Shown one piece after another: positions 10,051 to 19,605 of a DNA stretch of 64,000 bases; within the stretch, counting starts at the first letter, position 1; every line of letters begins with the position of its first letter. Location: assembly GCA_048887225.1 (NCBI GenBank), contig JBHLJY010000008.1, positions 46,384-110,383 of the forward strand. Reading direction: 5' to 3'. A program made the position numbers and the translations under genes. This stretch comes from Candidatus Hodarchaeota archaeon (lineage in GTDB: Archaea > Asgardarchaeota > Lokiarchaeia > Sigyniarchaeales > SOKP01). A model generated the notes under the pieces. It did no database searches and was not told where the DNA came from. It saw only the letters and a program-made list of their open reading frames with translations.

Positions 10051-11052
10051 CTATAACCTTTTAACAATTAATTCAGCCATTCGGTTTGAAAATCCCCATT
10101 CGTTATCGTACCATGACATTACTGAGATTTGGTTCCCAATTACTTTTGTCCACAAACCATTAAATACTGAACTATGTGGATTTCCAATAATATCTGAACT
10201 AACAATTGGATCGTCAGAATATTCTAAAATACCTTTTAATTGACCCTCTGATGCATCTTTCATCTTCTCATTTATTTCGGCAGCTGTTGTAGATCTATCT
10301 ACATTGGCTTTTAAATCAACGACGCTACCGTTTACTGTAGGAACTCTAACCGCAATCCCGTCTAATTTTCCTTGTAATTCTGGAAATACTAAACCAATTG
10401 CCTTTGCGGCACCCGTTGATGTGGGAATCATATTCATTGCAGCGGCTCTTCCACGAATCATTTTATCTGGACTTCCTGCTCTCGCGATGTCTACATTTGA
10501 TTGATCATTTGTATAAGAGTGAATTGTTGTCATAATTCCGTTAACAATTGTAAAATTTTCATGTAAGATTTTTACCACAGGAGCTAAGCAATTGGTTGTA
10601 CACGAAGCATTTGAAATAATTATATGTTCGGAGGTTATTTTATCATCATTGCAACCCATTACAACTGTCATATCCGGATTAGTTGCTGGGGCACTAATCA
10701 GAACTCTTTTTGCTCCTGCTGTTAAATGCTTAGAAGCACCATCTCTATCAACAAAACGTCCTGTAGATTCAACAGCTACATCAATGTTATTCACTGCATG
10801 TGGTAAATTCTCAGGATCTCTTTCAGCTGTTATGGGTATTTCTTTTCCATCTATTATGAGAGTTTTATCGGAAGAGCTTACTGAACTCTTAAATCTACCA
10901 AATACCGTATCATATTTAAGAGCATAAGCAAGGTATTTTGGCTCAAAAAGATCATTTATTGAGACTATGTTAATATCTGGATTTCCCCAAGCAGCTCTGA
11001 AAAATAGCCTTCCGATTCTCCCGAAGCCATTTATGCTAACACGTTTAACCAT
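10051..11052 (-). CDS. gap: Glyceraldehyde-3-phosphate dehydrogenase, class I (bacterial/eukaryotic type)
   Basis: INGFGRIGR, SNASCTTNCLAP, TGAAKA, WYDNEWG. Confidence 0.95.
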   Translation of the reverse strand: MVKRVSINGFGRIGRLFFRAAWGNPDINIVSINDLFEPKYLAYALKYDTVFGRFKSSVSSSDKTLIIDGKEIPITAERDPENLPHAVNNIDVAVESTGRFVDRDGASKHLTAGAKRVLISAPATNPDMTVVMGCNDDKITSEHIIISNASCTTNCLAPVVKILHENFTIVNGIMTTIHSYTNDQSNVDIARAGSPDKMIRGRAAAMNMIPTSTGAAKAIGLVFPELQGKLDGIAVRVPTVNGSVVDLKANVDRSTTAAEINEKMKDASEGQLKGILEYSDDPIVSSDIIGNPHSSVFNGLWTKVIGNQISVMSWYDNEWGFSNRMAELIVKRL

Positions 11053-11254
11053 TTTTTATCACATCTTTTTGTTTAAATTGGTTCTATATATTAAAAATGA
11101 TGATTTTAATATGTGTTCGTTTGTTTATTAACTTTTTAGTTTTAAGCTGATCGTATGTATACTAAGTTATTTAGATAAAAAATAATAGAACCTAAAATAT
11201 AAACCTTATAGAAGTTTATACAAAAAAATTATACGAAAAAGGAATTTGATTTTT

Positions 11255-12019
11255 TTATTCTTCTTCTACCTCTTCTTTTCCCAACAAACGGAGAACGGAA
11301 TCTGCGAGTTTATTTTGACTGCGACTTAGAATTCCCTTAATTTTCCCTTCTTTACCAAGCACTCTTAACATGATTCCATTCCAGACAGAAGAAGGTTCTC
11401 CCTTTACTTTTTTAAATCTGTCTCTGAAAATTTTAACGCTAATATTCTCATAGTTTTCCTGAGCGTCTGAACATTTAAAGCATAAAATGCATTTGTTCTC
11501 GTCAACTTCTAAATTGCTATTTTTTCTTGATAAAGCGCCCACAGAACATTCATCTGCGAATTGGTCAATAACTTTAGTATCTTTTTCATTACAAGTTATT
11601 GTTATGCTCCCTTCTACGGCCTTCCGGACTTTTTGGCCAGTATCTAATTCTCGAACCTCCTCCTCAAATTCTGGTAATGAGCCATTTTCTACTAGTAATA
11701 ATTTCTTTTCGCCGTTAATTAATAGCTCAAGAGTATATCCAGGGCAAATCCAAGTGCAACTCCCACACCAAATACATTTTTCTGTGTCAACTACGATTTT
11801 CAAATCTGATTCGATTCCCATTTGTTCAGGTGTACCAATTGCGGTTTTCTTCAATGGCTCATCATAAATAGAAACAGTTACAGGACATACACGATGACAA
11901 AAACCACACTCAATACACTTGCTCTCATCATAACGTAACACCATGTTATGCGAGAGCATTTTGTACTCATAATCTGTAATATTTTCTTCTCTAGTAGCTT
12001 TTTTAGAAGGTAAAACCAT
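11255..12019 (-). CDS. 4Fe-4S polyferredoxin-like protein (FwdF/MvhB-like)
   Basis: Two intact CxxCxxCxxxCP motifs and a degenerate third/fourth. Confidence 0.75.
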   Translation of the reverse strand: MVLPSKKATREENITDYEYKMLSHNMVLRYDESKCIECGFCHRVCPVTVSIYDEPLKKTAIGTPEQMGIESDLKIVVDTEKCIWCGSCTWICPGYTLELLINGEKKLLLVENGSLPEFEEEVRELDTGQKVRKAVEGSITITCNEKDTKVIDQFADECSVGALSRKNSNLEVDENKCILCFKCSDAQENYENISVKIFRDRFKKVKGEPSSVWNGIMLRVLGKEGKIKGILSRSQNKLADSVLRLLGKEEVEEE

Positions 12020-12081
12020 ATTTCTTCACAATATTAATTTTTTTATTTCATGTAATTTTTTTATACTTTAGAAATTGATAA

Positions 12082-13221
12082 TTAAACTCTTTCCAACTCC
12101 ATTTCTTGAATCGCTTTTCCAGACCTGAAAGGAATATCATCAACAGATTCCCCTGGACAATATCCGAACTTTTCGTTAAAAGCTTCGTTTAAAGACATGA
12201 AGTATAAACTTAAAGGCAGATTCTGAGGGCAGTTATTATAACAGTTACCACATTCAACACAGCGATCCGCAACATGTGCTATTCTTGTCAATTGATAAGT
12301 TTCTTTGTTTATAGTTTTTTCTTTTCTTTTTTTCGTGAGAATGCAATCTACACAATAACAAACTGGGCATCCACGGATACACATACCACACATCGTACAA
12401 TTCAGAAGTCTCTCAATTTTTTCTTCTTGAGGAACTTTTGCCCATTCTTCAAGGTCCTTCTTTCTTTTCTCTTTTGCCTTTTCAAGAATTTCATTCATTT
12501 TTGCTGTGTGAGTGTCTTTTATATCATCAGGTAATAGCTTTTTATCAATCTTAGATTTTTCTAGGAGATCATTTCCCTTGTCAGAATAGACTTTTAATAT
12601 AATCTCATCAGAATCAATGGGTATTCCAATATCACTTACGCTCAAATCTGCAATAACAGGTATTTTTCTTGTGCATCTTAAGCAATTATCAGAGGGTTGA
12701 ATATTTAGTTCTTTGGTCTTTCCATCAGCAAATTTAAAAATTAGTCCGTTATCGCCAATTTTTTCTTTTATTATTTTACTGGGATCGATCTCCTTCATGT
12801 TCTTTATTTCTCGACCAACATTAATAGCCATTCCCCTATCCTCAATTCCAATAATAAAAAGATTGTCTAGCTCAACTTGTTTTATTTTTGCCAATTCAAT
12901 TAAAGCTCGTGTATCGCAGGGACGAGCAATAAGACCTATTTTTGCGTTTTTAGCACCTTCTACCGATTTATGTAAATATTTCGCAGCAGAGTCAGTTCGA
13001 GCATAGCCGTATGCAATAAAATTATATAGAGGGAAGCTATTAGCATCTCCTAATTTATCAATTAATTTAGGTGTAATCGTAAATCTATCAACAGCATTCG
13101 TTTTTTTATCTACTCTTTCTTGTGCACTGATAATTTTATCTACGATTTTTTCCTGCAATAATGAGCCTAATAACTTAGGAAAATCTTCACTTTTTATAAG
13201 ATATTCTGCTATTGGGTCCAA
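12082..13221 (-). CDS. FdhB/FrhB-family subunit with C-terminal 4Fe-4S dicluster
   Basis: ARPCD.RAL.EL.K..Q, CLRC, CTMCGMCIRGCPVCYC..C, CVECGNC...CP. Confidence 0.8.
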   Translation of the reverse strand: MDPIAEYLIKSEDFPKLLGSLLQEKIVDKIISAQERVDKKTNAVDRFTITPKLIDKLGDANSFPLYNFIAYGYARTDSAAKYLHKSVEGAKNAKIGLIARPCDTRALIELAKIKQVELDNLFIIGIEDRGMAINVGREIKNMKEIDPSKIIKEKIGDNGLIFKFADGKTKELNIQPSDNCLRCTRKIPVIADLSVSDIGIPIDSDEIILKVYSDKGNDLLEKSKIDKKLLPDDIKDTHTAKMNEILEKAKEKRKKDLEEWAKVPQEEKIERLLNCTMCGMCIRGCPVCYCVDCILTKKRKEKTINKETYQLTRIAHVADRCVECGNCYNNCPQNLPLSLYFMSLNEAFNEKFGYCPGESVDDIPFRSGKAIQEMELERV

Positions 13222-13289
13222 ACGTTTCCAACTCTTAATAATAAATTTTTATCTTAATTTCTAACTAATAATATTTAATTAATTTTTTT

Positions 13290-13363
13290 TATGCGTTAAT
13301 GGAGCTTCCATTTCTTCTACTAAGTTCTCATTTTTTTAACTTAGTTTCATTAGCTAACACATA
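13290..13363 (-). promoter_or_regulatory. SECIS element, eukaryote-like, in the 3' UTR of mvhD
   Basis: Lower stem UAUGUGUUA/UAACGCAUA; AUGA-A ... A-GA-A core; upper stem ACUAAGUU/AACUUAGU; A-rich loop; begins immediately after the stop of a gene with in-frame UGAs. Confidence 0.85.
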
Positions 13364-13825
13364 TTATGTTTTTGCCTTTTCTTTGGCTTTTTTCTTTTCA
13401 GGTGTGCCGCCTTTGGGTCTTAATGGGCTAGGACCTAATTCTCTTATCACTTTATCGAATTTAATTGCAGTTTGCTGAAATTTTTGACCCTCTGCTGCAG
13501 TGCAATATCCCATCATTATTCGCTTTTCATTTAATCCAATCGACTTTAAAACTTCTTTTATGTATTCGACTTGACGGTAAGCGAAGTAATTTCCCGTCTC
13601 ATAATCGCACTCTTTAGGGTATCAAGCAATTATCATCACACCATCTGCCCCGCGCCCAAATGCTCTCATAATGACATCAGCACCAACTCTACCGGTACAA
13701 GGGACTAAAACAGATCTTATTGAATCGGGATACTGTGCTCGAATTGTTCCTGCCATATCAGCAGAACCATAACCTCATTTCCAGCATAAAAATGCTATAA
13801 TTTTAATATTTTCATCTTTTGCCAT
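13364..13825 (-). CDS. mvhD: MvhD/VhuD [2Fe-2S] subunit, selenoprotein (U17, U68), 153 aa; absent from the ORF track
   Basis: MAKDENIKIIAFLCWK-U-GYGSADMAG...VPCTGRV...GADGVMIIA-U-YPKECDYETGN; TGA at 13775-13777 and 13622-13624; GAGGTG RBS upstream; TAA at 13364-13366. Confidence 0.93.
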
Positions 13826-13842
13826 TTCTTTTATTCACCTCT

Positions 13843-15807
13843 CTATTCCTCAATTGGTAATAACTCATCAATAAACGCCATGTATTGATCATCCCTAAAG
13901 TATGTTAGCTCAATTGCTTTCGATGGACAAAGTGCTGCACATGTTCCACAGCCTCTACATAATATGAGATCAACGACAAGGTTTCCTTTCTCGTTTACTG
14001 AAATAGCATTAAATGGACACGCTTCAATACATTTATAACATTTAGCGCATCTTTCATCTGAAGGATCTGCTCTAATTAGTTCCATTGTATATTCTCCTTT
14101 ACTCATTGGAATTGATGCTGTTGATGCTGCTCCTTTTGCTTGACTTACAGCTTTATCAATTTCTTTCTGCCCTTGAGCAGAGCCACAAATAATTATTCCA
14201 GGTACTTTAGTACTAATCGGATCAAGGCGAGCATGATATTCTTTAAGAAATCCATCTGGGCTTCTTTCCATATTTAAAATCTTTGCGATTTGCAACGTAC
14301 CTGCGGATGGCAATGAAGCAGGTGATAACACAACCATATGGAACTCTGCTGTTATTACAGCATCGGTGCCAACAGGCTCAAACTGCACTCTTAGATTTTT
14401 AGTCAAGGGGTCTTCTTCAATTTTCCCTACTAGCCCTTTAACGAATATAATTCCTGCATCTCTAGACCTTCTATAATATTCCTCGTAGTCTTTCCCACAA
14501 GCTCTCATATCAATATAAGTACATAGAATCTGCGAATCGGGATATTCTGATTTTATGAGTTTCGAGTTTTTAAGCGATAAATTACAACAAATAACGCTAC
14601 ACCATGGATTTTTTTTGACATCTCTGGACCCAACGCAATTAATAAATAATACCTTGGTTGGGCGCTTACCATCGGAAGGACGTTGTAAATGTCCAAGAGT
14701 CGGTCCATTTGGTGCAAGAATTCGTTCTAACTCGATTTGATTAATAACATTCTCATATGTTCCATATCCATAATCATCTCCCTTATAGAGATCCCACCCC
14801 GTGGCTATTATAATCGTTCCTACTTCAAGTTCAATAATTTCATCTTGCTGACTAAAATCAATAGCTTCTTGTTCACAACCATCGACACAAGCAAAACATT
14901 CTACACAAGATACTCTTTCAATATTAGAAACTGCAGGAACAGCCTGGGCAAATGCAATATCAATCACTTTTCTTGCAGAGAGGTTTTCATCAAAGTAGTT
15001 AGGTACATATATTGGACAAACTTCAGTGCAAGTACCACATCCAGTACATTTATCTTCATCTACAAATCGAGCTTTTCTTTTAACTTTCACTTTAAAATTT
15101 CCAATATACCCATCGACATTAACTATTTCGCTGTATGATAAAATTTCAATGTTCTCATGGCGATTAGCTTCTAACATTTTCGGTCCCAATATTCATATTG
15201 AGCAGTCATCAGTTGGAAATGTTCGATCGAGTTGAGACATACGACCTCCAATTGTCGTATTTTTCTCAATTAAATAAACTTTAAATCCTTCATCCCCTAA
15301 ATCTATAGCAGCACTTAGCCCCGCGATTCCTCCTCCAACTACTAACGCAACAGGTTTTACTGGAACTGTCTTTGTAGGAACATCCTCTAATAATCTAGCT
15401 CGCGCGATACCAGCTCTTATTAATTCAATAGCTTTTCCTGTAGCGCTTTCTCGAACTTCAAGTGCTTGATGTACGAAAGAGCAATGTTCTCTTATATTGA
15501 TAAATTCTAAATATCTTGGAGGTAATCCAGCTTCTTTTAAGATAGCATGAAAAACAGGTTGATGTGTTCTTGGAGTACATGCTGCAACAACAATTCGGTT
15601 TAGTTTATGATCGACAATTTGTTCCTTGATATAGTCAGCACCGCCAGTAGTACATACTGATATATATTCATAGGCATAAACATTTTCTAATTTATTGATC
15701 TCTTCTACGATTTTTGGAACGTCCAAAATACCAGCAATGTTGATACCTCAGCGACACACGAAAACGCCGACGTTTGATTCTTCTTCTATGGTCTGATTTT
15801 CAGACAA
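13843..15807 (-). CDS. hdrA: Heterodisulfide reductase subunit A, selenoprotein (U20, U205), 654 aa; split in two by the ORF track
   Basis: One frame: NVGVFVCR-U-GINIAG (TGA 15748-15750) and FPTDDCSI-U-ILGPKM (TGA 15193-15195); GGGIAG FAD motif, ACTPRTH, CVGSRD, ferredoxin motifs; TTG start at 15807 (GTG at 15816 is an alternative). Confidence 0.93.
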
Positions 15808-16001
15808 TTTTTTCACTTTTTTAGCTATAACCTATTATTATAATTCTAAAATAATATTGATGATTAAGTTAATAGTTCTATCATTATAAAAATAATCGTT
15901 ATAAAATTTCACGATAATATTAATATTTTAAATGATAGGATCCATCAAAACTAACAAAAAAAAAATAAAGAATATTTAGAGAATAATATAAAATTTTATA
16001 A

Positions 16002-16547
16002 TTATTCCTTACTTTCAAAATCTTCAATTACTTCAGCAAAAAGTCGTTTTGCAGCATCAATTCGGTTTTCTTCGCCAATTTGGACGACATTCTTTAATGA
16101 TATTGCTTCTTTAGGACAAACTGCAATACATTGAGGCTCTACTTCTCCGACTTCAGGATCAATAAATTCTTCTCTCATATCTTTGCAAAGATCACACACT
16201 AAGGCTTTTTGTGTATCTATATGAAGCGAAATCACTCCAAAGTCACATGCCCTAATACAGAATCCGCACCCATTGCATTTATCCTCGTCTACGACAATTG
16301 AACCTTCCTCATCTTTATCTAAAGCTTTTTCAGGACAAGAACGAATACAAGGTGCATCTTCACATTTTTGGCAAGCTAGAGCGATATTTAAGACAGGCTC
16401 AATTCGAACTCTATGGATTCGAGTATTAATTGGATTGAACTCGCCGTCGTGGACAAATGAACAAACAGATTCGCATGTTTCACAACCAGTACATAAATCA
16501 GGATTAACAATAATAAATTGATGTATTTTTTTTTTCTTAGCCGACAT
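16002..16547 (-). CDS. 4Fe-4S dicluster protein (AOR-associated electron transfer subunit)
   Basis: Four Cys cluster motifs; abuts the aor stop codon. Confidence 0.9.
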   Translation of the reverse strand: MSAKKKKIHQFIIVNPDLCTGCETCESVCSFVHDGEFNPINTRIHRVRIEPVLNIALACQKCEDAPCIRSCPEKALDKDEEGSIVVDEDKCNGCGFCIRACDFGVISLHIDTQKALVCDLCKDMREEFIDPEVGEVEPQCIAVCPKEAISLKNVVQIGEENRIDAAKRLFAEVIEDFESKE

Positions 16548-18470
16548 CTATTTCTTTGCCTCTTTTTTTTTTAATTTTCCAATTACAAAATCCATTCCAA
16601 GTTTCTTCAGAGTTGCGTCTGTCGGAATTCCTGTTTCTTTATCCCATCCACGTGCCTCGTAATATCCTGAAAGTAAAGTTTGGAAACCATTTTCATCCAA
16701 TGTGACTCCCTTTGCAGGTCCTCTTGTATGAGCTTCCTTAAAAAATCTCTCTGGTGGATGATCATCTTTCCTTGTCCAGCCTTCTCTTATATTGAAACAT
16801 TTCGAAAGAGTTACGATTGCATCTCCTCTTTCGAGAATTGTCTTTTCAGTGTGAGGAATGCCTGTTACAAGTTCAAAAACTTTTGCCATTTCTGCATCGT
16901 TCTCATAAATACCTCTTGTGAACTTACAGATAATATATGAGTCTATTAGAGCGTAAACATCTTCAATATTTTTTATTGCTTTTCCACGTTCAACAGGTTT
17001 ATCGTAGCTGAATCGATCAAATGTTCCTTTAGCGTCTAAACCGTAGGCACCATTTCTTAGATGACATGCTCCTCGAATTGCGACACTCTCTCCTACTGCA
17101 AATGAATTCATACCATGAATATCAAATGCAGGCATCTCTAATCCTTTAATTTGCATAGCGTAATAACTTGCGTTTGTCCTTCCCATTTTTTCTAATCTTA
17201 TACCTGCCATTTTTGTTCCGTCGGCAAAAATTTCTCCAGGAAAGCCCTTACCTAGTATCATTTCTTCGTTGAATCTAACCAAATTCTTTGTCGATCCAAA
17301 GGGTAATTCGTAGCCTAAATCTTCTTTTGTGATAATTCCTTCTTCGAAACAATCACATGCCATAGCACATGTAACACCTCCAGAAATGGCATCAATTCCT
17401 AAATCATCGCATTGTGTTATACATTTAAAGATTGTTGGCCAATCAGAATTACCACAAGAAGTACCATATCCATAAATTAACTCAACATCAACGCTGGCAA
17501 CGAGATTAGGATAATCTGGATGTTTTTTAGGAACTCTAGCTAAATGATCACATGCAATAGAACATTGCGAGCAAGCTACCTTTTTAACTACCCATTCCTC
17601 GTTTAAAACTTCTCCGTTAATTATATCTACAATCTTATCCCACGAGCCTTCACGATGATTATTAACTGGAAACATCCCAAGTTTGTTATAACTTAAAAGT
17701 CCTGCAGGGGTACCTTGATCTCGATATTTTGCTGTAGCAGGACCATTAGCTATTTTAATTAACTTTTTAGCAAGTTTATAAAATTCTACTGGATAAGCAA
17801 CTTTAACTCCCTTTGTACCCCTAAAACAAACCGCTTTTAAGTTTTTAGATCCCATTACAGCTCCCATTCCAGTCCTTCCAGCTTGTCTGTTTCTATCATT
17901 TGTAATACATGCCAATCTGGACATTCTTTCACCTGCTGGTCCAATAGCCATGACTGCTAGTCTTTGATCTTCGAATTCTTCTCTTAAGATTTCTTCTGTC
18001 TCCCAACAACCCTTCCCCCATATTGTATCTTTACAAGGGACTAGGTACCTATCATCATCGTCAACTACCAAATAAACTGGTTCAGCAGCTTTTCCTGTAA
18101 AGACAATCATATTAACTCCAGCACGTCGGGCTTGGGCTCCAACGCTTCCAGAAGAGACTGCCATACCGAACATTCCAGTTAATGGTGATTTGGCAAAAAC
18201 TCCAAATTTAGAGCTTGTTGGTAAAATTGTCGTAGGAAAAGGACCCTGGGCATAAACGAACACATTATCTGGACTAAGAGGATCAATCCCAGGTTTTAAC
18301 TCGTCCCATAGGACCTTAGCTGCAAAACCATACCCTCCTATCCAATCGCGACAAAATTCTGGAGACAACCTTGACTCTTTTATTGAACCGTTTGTTAAGT
18401 CAACATCTAGTCTAATTTGAGAATAACCGTGTACATCGTCTGGAACAGCTACATCTTTTGACTTAGACAT
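16548..18470 (-). CDS. aor: Aldehyde:ferredoxin oxidoreductase (tungsten AOR family)
   Basis: KSPLTG, IGPAGE, GRTGMGAVMGSKNLKA, DDLGIDAIS, RGACH, YYEARGWD; ATG at 18470 is the likely start. Confidence 0.93.
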   Translation of the reverse strand: MSKSKDVAVPDDVHGYSQIRLDVDLTNGSIKESRLSPEFCRDWIGGYGFAAKVLWDELKPGIDPLSPDNVFVYAQGPFPTTILPTSSKFGVFAKSPLTGMFGMAVSSGSVGAQARRAGVNMIVFTGKAAEPVYLVVDDDDRYLVPCKDTIWGKGCWETEEILREEFEDQRLAVMAIGPAGERMSRLACITNDRNRQAGRTGMGAVMGSKNLKAVCFRGTKGVKVAYPVEFYKLAKKLIKIANGPATAKYRDQGTPAGLLSYNKLGMFPVNNHREGSWDKIVDIINGEVLNEEWVVKKVACSQCSIACDHLARVPKKHPDYPNLVASVDVELIYGYGTSCGNSDWPTIFKCITQCDDLGIDAISGGVTCAMACDCFEEGIITKEDLGYELPFGSTKNLVRFNEEMILGKGFPGEIFADGTKMAGIRLEKMGRTNASYYAMQIKGLEMPAFDIHGMNSFAVGESVAIRGACHLRNGAYGLDAKGTFDRFSYDKPVERGKAIKNIEDVYALIDSYIICKFTRGIYENDAEMAKVFELVTGIPHTEKTILERGDAIVTLSKCFNIREGWTRKDDHPPERFFKEAHTRGPAKGVTLDENGFQTLLSGYYEARGWDKETGIPTDATLKKLGMDFVIGKLKKKEAKK

Positions 18471-18671
18471 GTTTTTCACATTAAAAAGTATTTTTTTTAA
18501 TATAATTTAAAAATCTATTTATTAAAGAGGTTTATTTATTTTAATTTTGATTGTTAATTTGAATAACTCATTTTTATTAATATTTATTTAAATGTTAAGA
18601 AATAATTTAAAATTCCTATTTTTTTATTATTCATTTTGAAAATAAAATAGAAGGAAAAAAATCAAATTAGG

Positions 18672-19541
18672 CTATTTTTTTGGATGACCTAAAGCACAAA
18701 CTTTTAGACAAACTGAACAGTAATTATTATTTATTAAGCTTTCAATGCACTTTGAGCGATCTATATGTGTGATTACACCTGATCCTTTAACTTTCTCAAT
18801 AGGTTTTTCAAAGGCGGCCCCACCTTTGCAATTTTTTATGCAAGCTCCGCATTTTTCGCAAAATTCTTTCATTTCGCTAAAATCTCTTTTTGAACTTTTT
18901 GTAATCTCTGCGTCAGTAGAAATTATAGCCCATCTTTGGCGAGGGCCGAATTCTGGAGTAATGATAAGTCCATTTCTTCCCATTATTCCTAGATTAGCTG
19001 CGACAGCATGAGCAGTAAATAAAAGTTTTCCTCCAAACGGATGATGAGCCTCTGCTTTATAGCCAAGATCTTTTAAATAATTTGTTAATTCAATAGTTTT
19101 TTCGCCTAATTCTTTATAAACTCTAAACGCTTCTATGGCACCTAAAACACTTGGTGCTGTCTTAATTTTCTCCCATACCATTTCTTGTCCAAGTACTATA
19201 CCGTTTTTGCCGTAGATTTTGAGATTTTTAAAAACATAATTTTCGTCTATAGGCGTATATCCTATTTGGTCAATTCCCATTTTTTTTGCTTTCTTTTCAA
19301 ATTCTTCCCAGAACTCAGTCGTAGTTTCTGTTTTAACATTGTTTTCGTTACCATCTTTGGTTTTTCGAGCCTCTTGAAATCCTTTAAAAGTATCTTTTAT
19401 ATATTTACTAAATTCTTTTGCAGTTTTGGGATCCAATCTCTTTTCAGGTGTCATTTTCATTGTAAAGAGTTTAGTTGGTGCAATAAAGATTAATCCCTCA
19501 TTTTTACCAATCACAGTGGGTTTAATTTCTTCGGTAGCCAT
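18672..19541 (-). CDS. Reductive dehalogenase/QueG-like cobalamin 4Fe-4S protein
   Basis: LG.MGRNGL.ITPEFGPRQR; CEKCGACIKNC and C...CSVCLKVC. Confidence 0.75.
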   Translation of the reverse strand: MATEEIKPTVIGKNEGLIFIAPTKLFTMKMTPEKRLDPKTAKEFSKYIKDTFKGFQEARKTKDGNENNVKTETTTEFWEEFEKKAKKMGIDQIGYTPIDENYVFKNLKIYGKNGIVLGQEMVWEKIKTAPSVLGAIEAFRVYKELGEKTIELTNYLKDLGYKAEAHHPFGGKLLFTAHAVAANLGIMGRNGLIITPEFGPRQRWAIISTDAEITKSSKRDFSEMKEFCEKCGACIKNCKGGAAFEKPIEKVKGSGVITHIDRSKCIESLINNNYCSVCLKVCALGHPKK

Positions 19542-19605
19542 GTTATTACCCTCATTATTAGATAAAATTTTTACTTGTTATCATATTCATTACATTATAA
19601 AGATA

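Noticed and set aside
13364-15807. hdrA and mvhD as nonsense-mutated pseudogenes
   Set aside because: All four interruptions are TGA at conserved Cys sites, with no frameshifts and a SECIS-like hairpin downstream.
15817-16001. Possible second SECIS in the hdrA 5' region
   Set aside because: Only weak AT-rich pairing; no AUGA/GA core with a stacked stem found by eye. A covariance-model scan would be needed to exclude it fully.
19426-19605. N-terminal extension of the SNF2 ORF
   Set aside because: Overlaps the divergent gene's 5' end; ATG 19606 directly precedes the Zn finger.
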